Positions 1 to 12,375 of a stretch of DNA of 64,000 nucleotides are shown here, piece after piece. The stretch lies in NCBI GenBank assembly GCA_028534125.1, contig CM052850.1:26598001-26662000 (forward strand), read 5' to 3'. The notes beneath the pieces are model-generated. The model worked only from the letters and a program-made list of their open reading frames with translations. It was not told the origin of the DNA and made no database searches. The position numbers were made by a program, and so were the translations under genes. The first letter of the stretch is position 1. Each line of letters opens with the position of its first letter. This DNA is from Lama glama (lineage: Eukaryota).

Positions 1-19
1 ACTTCACATCTACTCCCAG

Positions 20-905
20 CCACTTCCAGCTCTGCACACGGCGTTGTTAGCTGTGGTCCCCGAGCTGTGCGTTAGATTGCAGAACTTACAGCTGGAGATC
101 GGTAGCACCGGCCCGGCATCTCCCCACGTCCCCTCCCCCAGCCCCTGGCAACCACACTGCACTGCCTGCTTCTGTGAGTTTGGCTTCACAGATGCCACAT
201 ATAATTGAGATCGCACAGTGAGGACTGAGAGTCTTTTCCCGTCTGGCTTGCTTCACTCAGCATAACGCCCTCTCAGCTCACCCTTGGTCTCACAAGGGAC
301 CGGATGTCCTTCTTTTTTATGGCCGAGTGCTGTTTCTCTGTGGGCGTGTGGCGCCCGCTTTGCCCACCGTCGGTGGGCGCCGAGGCTGCTTCCACGGCTT
401 GGCTGCTGCGAGCACTGCATGCAGGTGCTTCTCCGAGAGTGGTTCATTTCCTTTGGATAAAAACCCAGAAGAGGGGTTGCTGGGTCATATGGCAGCTGCT
501 TTTAATTTCCTGAGCCTCCGTACTGTTTTCCATAATGACTGCGTCAGCTTCCTTCTTGTCCTTTTGATGACAGTCATTCTGACAGGTGTGAGGTGGTAGC
601 TCATTGTGGTTTTGACTTGCATCTCCCTGATGGTTAGTGATACTGAGCATGTTTCTGTGTACCTGTTGGCCATCTGTGTGTCTTCTTTGGGAAATGTCTA
701 GTCAGGTTCTCTGCCCACTTTTTAATCCGGTTACTTGGGTTTTTTGCTATTGAATTGTATGAGTTTCTCATATATTTTGGATATTAACCCCTTATCAGAT
801 AGATGATTTGCAAATATTTCCCCCATCCTGTTCGTTTCTTTTCCACTTTGCGGACCGTTTCTTTTGCTGTGCAGAGCTCTTTAGCTAGGTGTGTTCCCAC
901 TCATT
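20..905 (-). mobile_element. Ancient LINE-1 (L1M-type) 3' fragment, antisense
   Basis: Minus-strand ORF 485-673 reads [23 protein letters not shown], the L1 ORF2p C-terminal motif. Flanks resemble L1 3' sequence (tggtagctcattgtggttttgacttgcatctccctgatg; ggatattaaccccttatcagata). Confidence 0.85.
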
Positions 906-1010
906 CATGCCTGGCAGGCGTGAGGGCCTGGGCTCCATCTCTAGTACTCCATTAAAAAGTAAACAAATAGATCCAACTACCTACCCCACAACAAAATTAA
1001 AAAAACAAAA
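905..1010 (+). mobile_element. Degenerate 5'-truncated tRNA-derived SINE
   Basis: catgcctggcaggcgtgagggcctgggctccatctctagtactcc plus an A-rich tail ending ...acctacccc; same layout as the copy at 15348. Confidence 0.55.
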
Positions 1011-2329
1011 ACCCAAGTGTACGACTGTGGCTGCCTGACTGAGGCAGGAGGGAGGGGTGGGGAGAACTCTCCGGCACCCTGTGGAGGCAGGACGGCCCCT
1101 AAAGGTGCCCCTCGTTCCCGGAACCTGCGCCTGTGCTGCGCCACCTGGCCCACGAGACCAGGGTGGGCCCATTGAATAGTCCACGCCCTTAAGTGAGAAC
1201 TTCCTCCGGCCGGGGATGCGGGGCTGTGTGAGGGCTCCACACAGGCTAGGCAGGGCAGTGCGGCCTCAGGCGGAGCCTGTGGGGCCCCGGGAGGGCCAGC
1301 CACCCACCTGGACCTTGACCTGAGGACCGGCTTGGTCTTGCCACCTCAGCGATTGTGGTCATTCTTCGAGGGAGGGAGAAACTCCCACGCGTACTGTTTA
1401 AAACCGTCTTGATCATTGAACTCTGTGAGTATGTTACCCTTTCAAAACAAAAGAGGCAAACGCAAAAATCAAAATTAAAGAGGGCAGCCCTGCAGTGGGC
1501 AGTTTTGTTCCAAGGAGGAGAAGCGGGGGTTTTAAATGTTTACGCTCAACATTGAACGCACCCTAAACACAAGACCATACCTGTGCTGACCAAACATTTA
1601 AGGAGCATTTATACAAAGTATTTATTTACACAGCTCAGCAGGGGAGTGATCGGCCCTGAGAGCCTGCGGAAAGGGGTAAGATGGCCTCTTTTAGTTCTGC
1701 CTGACGCCCCTGGAAACGAACAGCCCTCCGTAAAGCCACAAGCCCAGGTACGTGAATGTGTTCCCTCGATCTAGGGTCCCTGCGAAGGCCTCTGCCGCTC
1801 CCAGGCACCCCCACAGCCTGAGCCCCCGCTCACCACACAGTGCTCCTCCTGGCTGCCCCGCCGTGGACACCACCGCTCCCCGACGCAGGCCGGCCAGTGG
1901 CCCCGAGCTGGAAGCTGCATCTGGCGCCAGATCACAGAGGGGGCCTCCCAACGCCCCACCCCCAGCCTCCTGAGTGTGGACTCTGCCCAGGAGGAGAGGG
2001 AGGGGAGGGATAGACCCCCACCCCACTGGACGAAGAGTCTGTAGCCTCTTCTTAAGGATGATTAACTAGATGGCACCTGGGGATCCAGCGTTGCTCTCCT
2101 GATACAAAGTGCAGTGCGGGGGGTGGGGGGCTCTTGGCGCTGGCTTCTCTATTGGTCTCAGGAACAGAATTCTGAAACCATGACTTTTCCTAATTAAAAA
2201 AATGTATTTATTGTAGGTAGTGAGTGTGGTAAACGCACATGGTGCAAACATACAGGAGTCATGGGAAGCTGTGATGGCCCCCCGGCCCTGCAGACGTCTG
2301 CTTGTCGGTGTACAGAGAGCCTCCCCATT

Positions 2330-2444
2330 TCTTTTTGGGGGGGGAGGTAATTAGGTTCATGTATTTATGTATGTATTTTTAGTGGACGTGCAGGACCCTG
2401 TGCCCGCTAAGCGCGCGTGCTACCACTGGGCTCTGCCCTCACCC
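2330..2444 (-). mobile_element. tRNA-derived SINE (camelid vic-type)
   Basis: Reverse complement has a tRNA-like head (ggggtgagggcagagcccagtggtagcacgcgcgcttagc) and the tail aacctaattacctcccccc shared with the 15348 copy. Confidence 0.7.
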
Positions 2445-4719
2445 CACTTCTTAACAGCTGCAGCGAACACCTCAGTTTGTAGGCTCCTCGCCCAGGTGGG
2501 CTCGAGCGGGGACTCCTGGGGCAGAGAGGCGTCCTCGTGTGTGTGCGCTGTGTCTGTGGGGCCATTTCCCAGAGGGGGCGACCTCGCTCAAAGGGCAGAT
2601 GCAGGTTTGATTTTCACTGACTTTTGAAGTTTACCGCTCAGGCTGGTCCCAGAACGGGACCTTGCCGTGGTTTCGTTGCCTTTTTCTCACTCGAGTGAGG
2701 TTCAGGGCGTTTGTTTGTTACTGTGTCATCTTTTCGTTCATGCCCTTTGCCTGTTTTTCTGTTGAGTTGCTTCTTTGAAAAACGATTTGAAGGAGCTCCG
2801 TCTGCAGGATGCAGAAGTACCTCTTCCTGCTTGTCGCTGGCTCTGTACCCTCTGCTGTGGCTGCTGGCGGGGCCGTGTCCGTGCTTCTCTCTGCCGCCCT
2901 CTGATTTTCCTTCCAGTGCTTTCTGACTTCTGGCATCGAGCGAGACGTTGATCGGCAGTGTTTGTAGACTGTGAGGCAGGGTGTCCAACCTGGCCTTTTT
3001 TCAGACGGCTCTGTCCTTTCTCAACACGATGCTTTAAAAGCCCACTGGTTCGATGCGCCACTGCTTCCATATACCGGCTACTCTCGTGTGTTCTCAGCGG
3101 GGCAGCGAGTTGTGGTGGGTCAGCCCGCATCCGCCACGTCTGTTCTGCAGCATGGCGCGTATCCCGGAGGAAAATCAACGGTTTCATCCCCCACTCCCGT
3201 CCCTCACTTTTGGACGTTAGGTGGATGAAAAGCAGCCTCAGTCTTCCCACACGATAAAGTGGGCACAGGCTGTTAGCAGTCCATCCGCTACTGCTTCTGG
3301 GGCATACACTTTGTGCCTGGCCTAGAGATGTGGTTGTGGGCAAGACAAATGTTGCCCCTGACTGCAGGGGCTTATGCGTGAGTGGGGTCCGGCCACAGCA
3401 GCAGACCCTCACCAAGGAGTCTGAGGGAACTGCAGGGTCAGTGGGGTCGCGGGAGGCAGTGAACCCCCACTAATGGTGAAAGCAAAGACTTCCCGGAGGT
3501 GATAGCAACTAGATGAGACTGGAAGGACGAGGGAAAATTACAGTCAGCCAGGCGAAGAGGTGGGGAGAGAGTTGGGGACCTTTGGCTGGGCTGAGGGCCT
3601 CTTACACCCTGGGAGGAGGGTTCACCATCCCAGGCCTTGGTGTGCAAGGCAGCATCAGTCCCGTCAGCTCAAGGCTTGCTGTCAAGCCACACACCCCGTG
3701 GGCAGAGCCGCTGCTGAGGTGGAACCCCTGTTGTTAGTTTACCCTGCAAGCAATCGGCCGGCCAACCTGGGGCCAGCTTGCTGGGCCTGCAGGAAAGGGG
3801 CCAGGCAGCTTGGGGCGGGGTGCCCATGGGTCTCCTGCCGAGCCCTCTCCTGGAGCCTGGGGTCTGACGCTTGGGCTCTTGGGCACCCAAGAGTGACCAG
3901 GGTGGACGCAGCATTGCTCCTGCCCCCGAGCCTTCCTCCCTGACCAAACACCAGCCAGGCTCCTCTGAGACCCCTTCCGCACAGGCCTCCACCCTGGCCA
4001 GTGAAGTTTTGAACAGATACTAATATTGTTTCCATCAGCTCAAAAAGTCCAGTCTGCTGAATTTCACTTGCTCACATGTCTGCAGTCGCTACATAGATGA
4101 GATGTGACGTGTTTCTGTCCACCCAGACACTTCCCTTGGGCCCTCCCAGTCCACAGCCTGCGTCACCCAGGGACTAACGCACAGCACCCTTCTGGATTCT
4201 TCCCATGCACGACCTTCGTCCACGTTGCGTGTGTCACCTACAGATGGAGGTCAGGGGGCTCCCTGCACTGTTGTGGTGACGGCTCTGTTGAGACACAGCT
4301 GCATGTCATCTGCTGTGCCCCGAACGTTTGTGCCCCCATCCGTGTGTTGAAGTCCTAACCCAGATGAGGTGGCAGTAGGCATGGGGCTCATGGGCCTGGT
4401 CGGGGGAAGCAGTGTCTTTGAAGGCAATTGGGCTGCGTTCCCGGAACTGCTGTAAAAGTCACATGACCTCTGACCCAGTAACTGCAGTTCTTGGAGTGTA
4501 TCTTCCAAGAGCATTTGCAGGGCAAGCCTCCTCTGATCTCTGGGGACCCTGTGATGAGTGTGCCCTGGGCTTGCCCACAGCGGGAGGCTTCGCAGCGGCC
4601 CAGTGCCGTGGAGGGCAGCCTGGGCCTGGCAGTGTCCACCCGAGTGGCAGACGCACTGGCCCTGAGCAGGTGTGCACACGTGCCCCGGAGACGTTCACCA
4701 GAGCCGGGGCAGAAACGGC

Positions 4720-5550
4720 CCCATCTGTTAGCATTGCTGTGTGAGAACTAACCCCAAACTCAGCACTTACAACAGCCCTGTTATGCGCTCACAGACCCGT
4801 GATTGAGGGGCGAGGGCTGGGCCTCAGTAGGGGACCACCAGAGCCGAGAGCAAGAGTGTCAGTGGACAAGGTACACGCCGTCCTGGACTGAGTGGTGGCT
4901 GAAACAGACTTGGGGACTGGGGGGCTAAAGCAACAGAGAGCGATGGCTCACAGGCCCGGGGGCTGGAGGTGCGGTGTCCGGTGGGGACCCACCTGCTGGG
5001 GTGAAGACACCTGCCTTCCCACTCCGCTCTCGTGCGGTGCAGGGCTATCTTCTCTCTCTGGTCTATTACAAGGACACTGACCATTTCAAGAGGGTTCCAT
5101 CCTCTTGACTTAATCACCCCAAGGACCCCACCTCCTGAAGCCGCCACACTGGGAATCAGGGATTTGACACATGAATTCCGGGGAGACCCAGACATTCAGT
5201 CCACCGCTCAGACCCTGCATCAGAAACATTTGGTGTCACCTCGACCACACCCCATTGTCCACAGGCAGATCACAGACTCAGGCAGAGCGCCAGATACCAC
5301 CCCCAGTGGAGGGGGGGCCAAGGCCGGTTGAGTTACTGGGGGAAAATACCGCCTGCCACGCACCGAGGGCCCCGAGCTGGAGGCAGGCCGGCCGGTGAAG
5401 GACTGCACAGCAGTGAAAACCAGGAGCAGCCCCGTGAAACCCTGGCGGGAAGTGCGGTGAGGGCGTGGTAGGTGGAAGAGCCACAGGGTCCCAGGGGCTG
5501 GGACTGCCCGTGGACGTGGGCAGAGGCCCCATTGCTGTAAGTCACCACAC
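4720..5550. mobile_element. MaLR (MLT1-like) LTR fragments, probably nested
   Basis: MLT1-like motifs: ttaatcaccccaaggaccccacctcctga...cacactgggaatcagggatttgacacatgaattccggggagacccagacattcagtcc, and ccccaaactcagcacttacaac. Confidence 0.65.
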
Positions 5551-5559
5551 TGTACATAC

Positions 5560-6030
5560 ATTTTTAATAGCTTTATTGAGATATTGTCACATGCCATAAA
5601 ACTCACCCCTTTCGTGTGTCCAGCTCAGTGGGTTCTAGCGCATTCGGAGTTGTGCGGTCATCGCACTAGTCAACCTCTGGAACATTTTCACTGTCCCGAG
5701 TAGAACCCTGGCGCCCGTCAGTCCTCCGCACCCCATGGCTCTGGTGGCGGCCAGCTGCCTCCTGCCTCTGTGGACTTGCCTGTTCGGGGTGTTTCATGTC
5801 CGTGGGCTCACGCCGTGCGCCTTTTGCGCCCCCTTCCTTCACTGAGCATCGCCTCTGCCAGGCTCATTCGTGTTAGAGTGTGAGCCCGTTTCCTTCCTTT
5901 CTGTGGCGGAACAACAGTCCCTGTGCGGCTGGACTTCACTTGCCTCTTCCGCAGCCGATGGGCTGGGGTTGCTGCCACTTTTCGGCTGTTGTGAACGTCT
6001 GCGGAGGCACCTAAATGTCTCACACACTTC
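5560..6030 (-). mobile_element. Ancient L1 3' UTR fragment, antisense
   Basis: tttttaatagctttattgagatattgtcacatgccataaaactcacccc...ctggaacattttcactgtccc is the typical reverse-strand 3' end of L1M elements. Confidence 0.75.
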
Positions 6031-7320
6031 TTGGTGTATCTGTCAGATTCCGCAGGTAAAACGTACAGTACAACGAATGAAGGAGGCTGGCGGGTGCCTG
6101 CGTGGGGCTGTCTCTGAGGTCTGCGCTTGTGAAGCTGGATGAGGCAGACAGCACCAGCGGGACGAGATATGTCCTCTCCCGGCCCCTGGGCAGCCGGCCG
6201 GACACTGGGAGCGGGTGGAAGGGCGCCGGGAGGCTGAGAGGAGAGGGTCAGCTTCTTGGCACAGCAGCTCCCATTCCCCTCCTCACTGATCCCCCCTCCC
6301 CTCCCCTCGCCTCTCCAGCTTGAGAGAACCTGGCTTCTTGGGGCGGAAATGGGGCATTTTTACCTTCCTGGGAGAGGCCTGGGAGGAGAGGCAGGTGGCC
6401 GGGTGGGGCCAGCGCAGCTGCGAGGTCCCGGCAGTGAGCTCGTCCAGCCCAGGCGTGCCTGGCTGGGGAGAAGCCGGCACCATCTCAGAGGCCACGGTGA
6501 GGGTGAGTGGGCTGGGGGCCAAGGGGCTGCCGGGGGCTGGGGGTCTGCCACCCAGGGAGGCGCTGTCAGGAGGGGAGGTGGCTGGTGCCCGGGCTTGGCA
6601 GGGCATAGCTGGGCGACGTGCAATCCCAGGTGGCAGAGCTGTAGTCAGCCCCTCGGCTTTCGGGGAGACTGGGGCTCCCAGCATTTCTCTGTGCCTGGAC
6701 TGTGAATCGCTCCGCCTGCTGTGGTCTTTAGGTCGAGGTCCAGACGCCCTGAGGCTGGTGAGGCCCTTGCCGGCCGCTCTGGCTTTCCTCTCCTCATCCC
6801 TGCTGTCTTCTGTCTAGAACATTCCTCACCTGCTACTCGCCCTTCCAGATTCAGCTAGCTTGTCCCCTTCCTCCAGGAAGCCTTCCTGTTCTGGAATTCT
6901 GCTTGGCTGCCTGCTGGCTGCCCTGCCCACCGCGGTCCTGCCAGCAGGTGGAGAGGGTTTGTTGAAGGAAGGAAGGAGTAGATAAGTGTGTGAATGAGTC
7001 AAAGTGGGCTTTTCCCGCAGGAGCCGGTCTGGGCCGACGAGGAGGCTTTTCTGATTCTCAGGGAAAGCTCAGAGCGTTCTGCTCCCCGTCGGCACAGCCT
7101 GTCTTGCGGCAGCAGCACGAAGTACTGGTGGGCTGTAATCTCTGCATCTAACACAGAGGCGTCTCCTCTATTCCGCTTCCCCCTTTCGCCTACGTGGGCC
7201 GCAGGGCTCGAAGCTGGGGCTCAGGACCCTCTGAGGAGGTGTCCCACCTGGGCCGGTCTTGCCTCCTCCTTGAGACGGGGCGCGGTCAGCTTCCCCTTTC
7301 ACCAGTTAGGGTCTTGGATT

Positions 7321-7386
7321 TTATCTCACAAGGTAAACAATGGTTTAAAGATTAACAATCTTACAAGGTGCCTGTGTCCCTTATCT
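7321..7386. promoter_or_regulatory. Candidate epithelial enhancer (GATA/FOX/HNF1 cluster) upstream of DPEP1
   Basis: TTATCT at 7321 and 7381, GTAAACAA at 7333-7340, and HNF1-like GGTTTAAAGATTAAC at 7342-7356, in an AT-rich patch within GC-rich DNA. Confidence 0.4.
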
Positions 7387-10018
7387 TTTCCCTCACTCAG
7401 TCCCCTCCTTTCTGTGGACACTGCTGTCACAGCCACTGAGAGGTGACAAAGTTTAACTCCCTACGCGCCACAGGAAGGGCCTTTCAGGAGGGTCATGGGA
7501 CATCCTAGGGAGGGGGCGCTGGGCACTGCGGGGTTGTGCTGGATCGGCTTGGGGGGGGCCCTGCCTGGGCCCTGGGAGCTTGGAATCCACACCCCTTTTA
7601 TCCCACAGAGCCACCTTCATGGGGGAGGGAACACGTGTAGTGTCTCCCCTGAGAGTCAGTGAATCATCGCGGGCCTGTGTCCAGCCCAGGGAGGTGGTGG
7701 CTTGGTGCCACTGCGGGAGAGGGCATCTGGTGCCCCACAACGTGCAGCTGTCCCCCCCGATGTGGCCCCGTCCAGCCCCCAGTCTCCTGACTTACTGGTG
7801 AATCCAGTCCTGCATGTGGGTTCACAGCTCTGGAGACGGGGAAGGTGAGGGGTGGGGACGAGGGTCCCTTCTGCGTCCAGGAAGTGAAGTCGGGCCACAT
7901 CTGATGACAGCACCCCCGGGGCAGTTCTGAGAGGCCAGCCTGGAGGGCAGCCTCAGACTGTGGGACCAAGGGCTCCTGGCTCCCTGGGGACAGAGTGGGC
8001 CTGGGAGGCCTGGGCCGTTCTGGGTCGTTCAAAACAGGGAGGTGATAATAGTGGACACACCACTCTGGAGCCTCCAGGACCCTTGGCCTGGGCTCGAGTC
8101 CCGGCTCTGAGCCATGCGGCCTGGGTGTGCACAGCCCTAGCCTCAGCTTCTGCAGCCCCTGAGCAGCCCCACCGACCCTCAGAGGGGCCTCCGGGCCACA
8201 GTGTGGGACCCTGCCCAGCCAGCAGAGGGCAGCAGTGTTGGTGCCACCTGGGGCCCTTGCCCAGGGCTGTGGGTCTGAGGACCGCAGGCAGCCCCAAGGG
8301 GGACCCGAGGCCCTGGCCTCGCCCCAGCGTGTCCACTGGCCTCAGGCCAAGCTCGGGGCTCCAGGCCCATTTCACAGAAGGGACACAGGACCCCACACAC
8401 GGAGCTTAAGAGACCTCTAGTATTTTCCTAGGAGGATCTCCTTCAAATCCTGAGTGTCCCCGTGTACAGTTCAGGGGACAAGGCCAGCCCCAGTGGGGGG
8501 CCCTAGCCCGCCCGGCCCCCGCCCAGCCCAGCGGCCACACTGCTCTGCACAGGAGGGCCAGGCCAGGGGCTGTCTGTCACTGTGCTGGGACAGGGGCTGG
8601 ACACAGGGCGGTGCCCTGGACGGTGGGCCTGTGCCAGGGTGGGGCTGGGGGAGCTGCTGGCAAGGAGGAGGTGCCCACAGCAGGGTCTCCTGTGCCTGCT
8701 GGTCCAGCACTCGCTGGCCTCAGAATTGCTACGAGCCCCCCTAGGGCTGCACCCCCAGCCTGGGACAGGCCCCAGCAGGCGCTCTCGAAATTTTCCTACA
8801 GTGTCTCCTATGCTCAAATGCAGGAGTCAACAACTAAACTGGAGACCTAGTGTCCCTGACAGGACCTCAGTCCCGTGGCTGACAGTGTGGACGCAGGGGG
8901 CCTGCCTGGGAGGAGCCCAGAGCCAACCGAAACCACCTGGCCGCTGTGGTCCCCGAGGCCGGGCCAGGGGCTGTGCCGCACGCTCCCCGTGGGCCTGACT
9001 GGTCCTAGAAGCTGAGGGCAGCGCAGGGAGTGAGGGTGGAGCCTCCAGGGACAATACACCGACTAGGAGAAACCCCGCCCGACCGCAGAGGCGTGCATTC
9101 TGGGTAGGGGCAGCAGGGGGATGCCCGTCCCTGCCCATCGACTTCCTTATGAAACACGTCAAGGACAAATCTAGGAATTTCAGGGCGGCGACAGCAGTGC
9201 CAAACTGCACGTGGTGCTGGCGTTTCTTGGGCCCTGGCGGCCAGCCTGGGGTGGGTGGTGACGTCTCCTTGCCGGCCCACGGTCGGGTCCCGGGAGTCCG
9301 AGCACCGCTGCCAGGTCTCACCTGACACCCAGGTCGGCAGGGCTCAGGGCTGCTCCGGGGCCCTGAGGTGCCCAGAGTCGGTGGGGATCCCAACCCCCGT
9401 CTCTGTGCAGAGTGGGAGGCCCCTTGAACCCTCTTTTTCTTTTTAATCAAGTTGACGTTTCCATTTTACTGCACATGCTAAAAATTTCAAACAGACTAAA
9501 AAGTAATGACATTAAAAGTGGAAATCTTTCTTCCTCACTCCTGGTCCTCAGTGCCTCCTGCCCTTCTGGCGGCCCCTAATGTTGTTTCTGGTGACGTCAG
9601 GGCCCTGGGCAGACCCTGTAGGGGAGTTCTGCTCTCTGCCCTTTGTGGCCCCAGAGTGGCGGGGTCCCGTGTGTCCACCAGACCCTGGTCTGGGTGTCCA
9701 AAGAACACTCACACCTTTTTCTCCCTGCCCCAGCCCTACTCCCGGGCCCCTGCCCTGCCTGCCTGCAAACAGGCCAGCCCGCCAGGGGCAGGGAGGGCCA
9801 AGGGAGTTGACTTACTCCAGGGCTTGGCTTGGGGCCTGTCCTCGGAGCCCTGCCCATCAGAGACCCCGTCTCACTCTAGATCCCCCTTAAACTCTGAGGT
9901 GGGAGAGCACCCCCCACCTACCCCCTCCTCCCAGGTCTGGCATCTGAACCCATGACAGGGCCCTGACTGAGGCCCAGGGGGGAGCATAGGTCCCACAGCC
10001 TGGGCAAGGTGGGCCGGT

Positions 10019-10083
10019 GGGGGCTGTCCACCCCCCACTGTGTCCTGGGCCGGGGCGGGGGGCTGTGCACCCCCCACTGTGCC
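10019..10083. repeat. Local ~40-bp tandem duplication
   Basis: ggggctgt[c/g]caccccccactgtg occurs twice, about 40 nt apart. Confidence 0.7.
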
Positions 10084-11564
10084 CCAACCCGGGCTGCTGG
10101 GACCCAGGGTGGCCTTGCCATGTGTCCCCCTCCCTGCATGGGGGTGGGACAGCCTGTGGCCCGCTGGAGTCCACCAGGGTGTGCCGCCCTACCCTAACCT
10201 CAGAATCCTGAAACCAATTAGTGAAGCCAGGCCCCAGCTGGGCCGGGTCTCCACACAGACCTCGCCCTGGTTTTGAAAATCCCGTGTGTCTGCCAGAGGA
10301 CATTCCGATCCCTGACTGCTTCTGATCCCCTGTAGCGGGAATGTTACGCACATAGAACCGGGGCCCCCTGACTCCGGGCCAGGCGGGAGAGACAGAATGC
10401 TTTCTGGCCCTGGGACATGTCACGCTCGCCCCCAGGGAATGAAGGTGGTGGGCAGGGGGCAGGGCCGGAGAGAAAGCACGTGGGTTGGAATTCCCAGGTC
10501 CAGAGGTGCCCAGCCGACCGCCACCCATGGGTGCCGGGGCCTTGGCGGGAGGGGCTCAGGGCCCCAGGTGTCCTCCATCAGCCTCCTCCCCTATGACTCC
10601 TCACTCAGCACCCCCACCGGATGCCAACAGCTCGCCTGAGAGAACCCCTGCGTTATTGTCTGGGGACCCCGATTGCCTGTCACCCAGCCCCACCCTGCCT
10701 GCCCTGGGCCCGAGGCCCAGCCTGGGGGTCAGAGGGCGCCCAGACCCAGACAGCTGGCGGGCTGAGTGTGTGCCTGTGTGGTGTGTCTACGGAAACCAGA
10801 ACCAGCTGACACGTGTGAGGCATTAAGCCCCTCGTTCTGCTCTCCGAGGCGTGCAATGAAGGCCCCTGGGGGACTTGCTTTGTGTGCAGGGCGGCTGACT
10901 GCAGAACTCAGGGGAGGGATGGAATTTGAGAAAAACAGAAACAAACCTCCAGGCCTCGTGGCCCTGAGCGGAGCCCGGGGCTGCACCTGCCCCGCCCGCC
11001 GTCCTGGGGAGCATAGGGAGCCCGTCTCCTCCCAGCGCTGAAGAGCCGCCTGGGAATGGAGTGCTGCAGGTACCTGCATCAGTGAGCACCTGCTGTGTGC
11101 CCAGCGAGACTGAGCTTGAACCGAGCAGAGACAAGCTCACCAGGTGCCCAGCAGGGGAGCGCCTCGTGGGCTGGGAGGGGAGGCCTTGATGGGCTGGGGC
11201 TCCGGGTGCTCAGGGCAGTTGGAGGGCCTTGTGGGAGCACCTTGGGGACCTGCTGCTGCTTAGGAGGAGGTCACAGGGCTCAGAGCGGTGGGGGCAGCAG
11301 GGGGGCCGTGCGGTGCCCTGGGAGAGTGGGCGGCAGGGAAGGAAGGGGGGGCAGATCCTGGCAGCTGGGTAGACAGTGTGTCCTCCGCGAGCACACTGGG
11401 GAGCGAGGATTTGGGGGCAGAGGTCTGGGTGGAGGCCTCATGTCTGGGCCTGGGGACACCCCAGTGCAGATGTAGCCTGGTCTGGGCCTTCTGTGTGCCC
11501 TGCATGGGGCTGAGGGCAGGGCTACAGGCCCCCAGGTGGCACAGTGATGACAGGGAAAAGGCTA

Positions 11565-12030
11565 AGTGTGTGTGTGACAAGACATGCGGCTGTACCCGCA
11601 AGAGGACAGGCCAGCGAGACTGAGAGCCATGTCTGTGGGCTCGTGCTGCGTGTCGGTGCTGGCGCCTCATGCTCGTGTGCGTGTCCACGCATGCACGTCT
11701 GCGTCTGCGAGTGCAGGTGTGCTTACCTGTGCACAAGTCTGCGTGAGTGTGTCTGCGCACGCAGGTCTGGGACGTTCATGTGCAGGCGTGTGCATGGTGT
11801 GGGTCACGGGTAGGTAGGTCTCCACGGTGCAGATGTGGACGTGGGGGAGGTCTGTGTTGGCTACGTTGGTGTCTGAGGCGTGGGCGTCTTTGCATGTGCG
11901 TGGTTGTGTGTGCATCTGTATAACTGTGTGTGGATGTGGGTGTGCTCTGTGGCTGGGGTGGGTGTGTGGTTAGCTGTGTTTGCGTGTTTCTCTGTGTGTG
12001 TTGCTGCTGCACCATAGCGTGTGTGTTCTT
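11565..12030. repeat. Degenerate (TG)-rich low-complexity tract
   Basis: Dense tgtg/gtgcgt/tgca motifs. The ORFs here are Cys/Val- or His/Thr-rich artefacts. Confidence 0.8.
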
Positions 12031-12315
12031 AAGGGAGGGGGTGTCATGGATTCGGGACCTCCGTGCTGCTGTGGGCTGTGTCCTGACCTGGGACTAGCCC
12101 ACGGGGGGCGGGAGTGCAAGTGAAACCTTGGTAAGAGGGGCTTCCTCGAGCGCCTAACACGGCACAGTTTTGGTGGAACAGTCCTCGCCGAGCTCCAGGC
12201 TGCTCCCTGGACACGAAGCTGTCTGCTGGGTCTCTTCTCGGCCCCTGCCCTGTGGGCCTGGCTGAACTGTAACAGCACTCTTCCGTTTTTGTGCTTATTT
12301 TCACCGTGTTCCCTC

Positions 12316-12375
12316 TGTTTATGGCAAGTGATGTTGATTTTTCCAGTTAATAATTACTGTCTTTATTTAAATAAG
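12316..12375 (+). promoter_or_regulatory. Candidate DPEP1 promoter/enhancer (FOX/CDX, HNF1, TATA-like)
   Basis: TGTTTATGGC at 12316-12325, GTTAATAATTAC at 12346-12357 and TATTTAAATA at 12364-12373. Confidence 0.4.
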
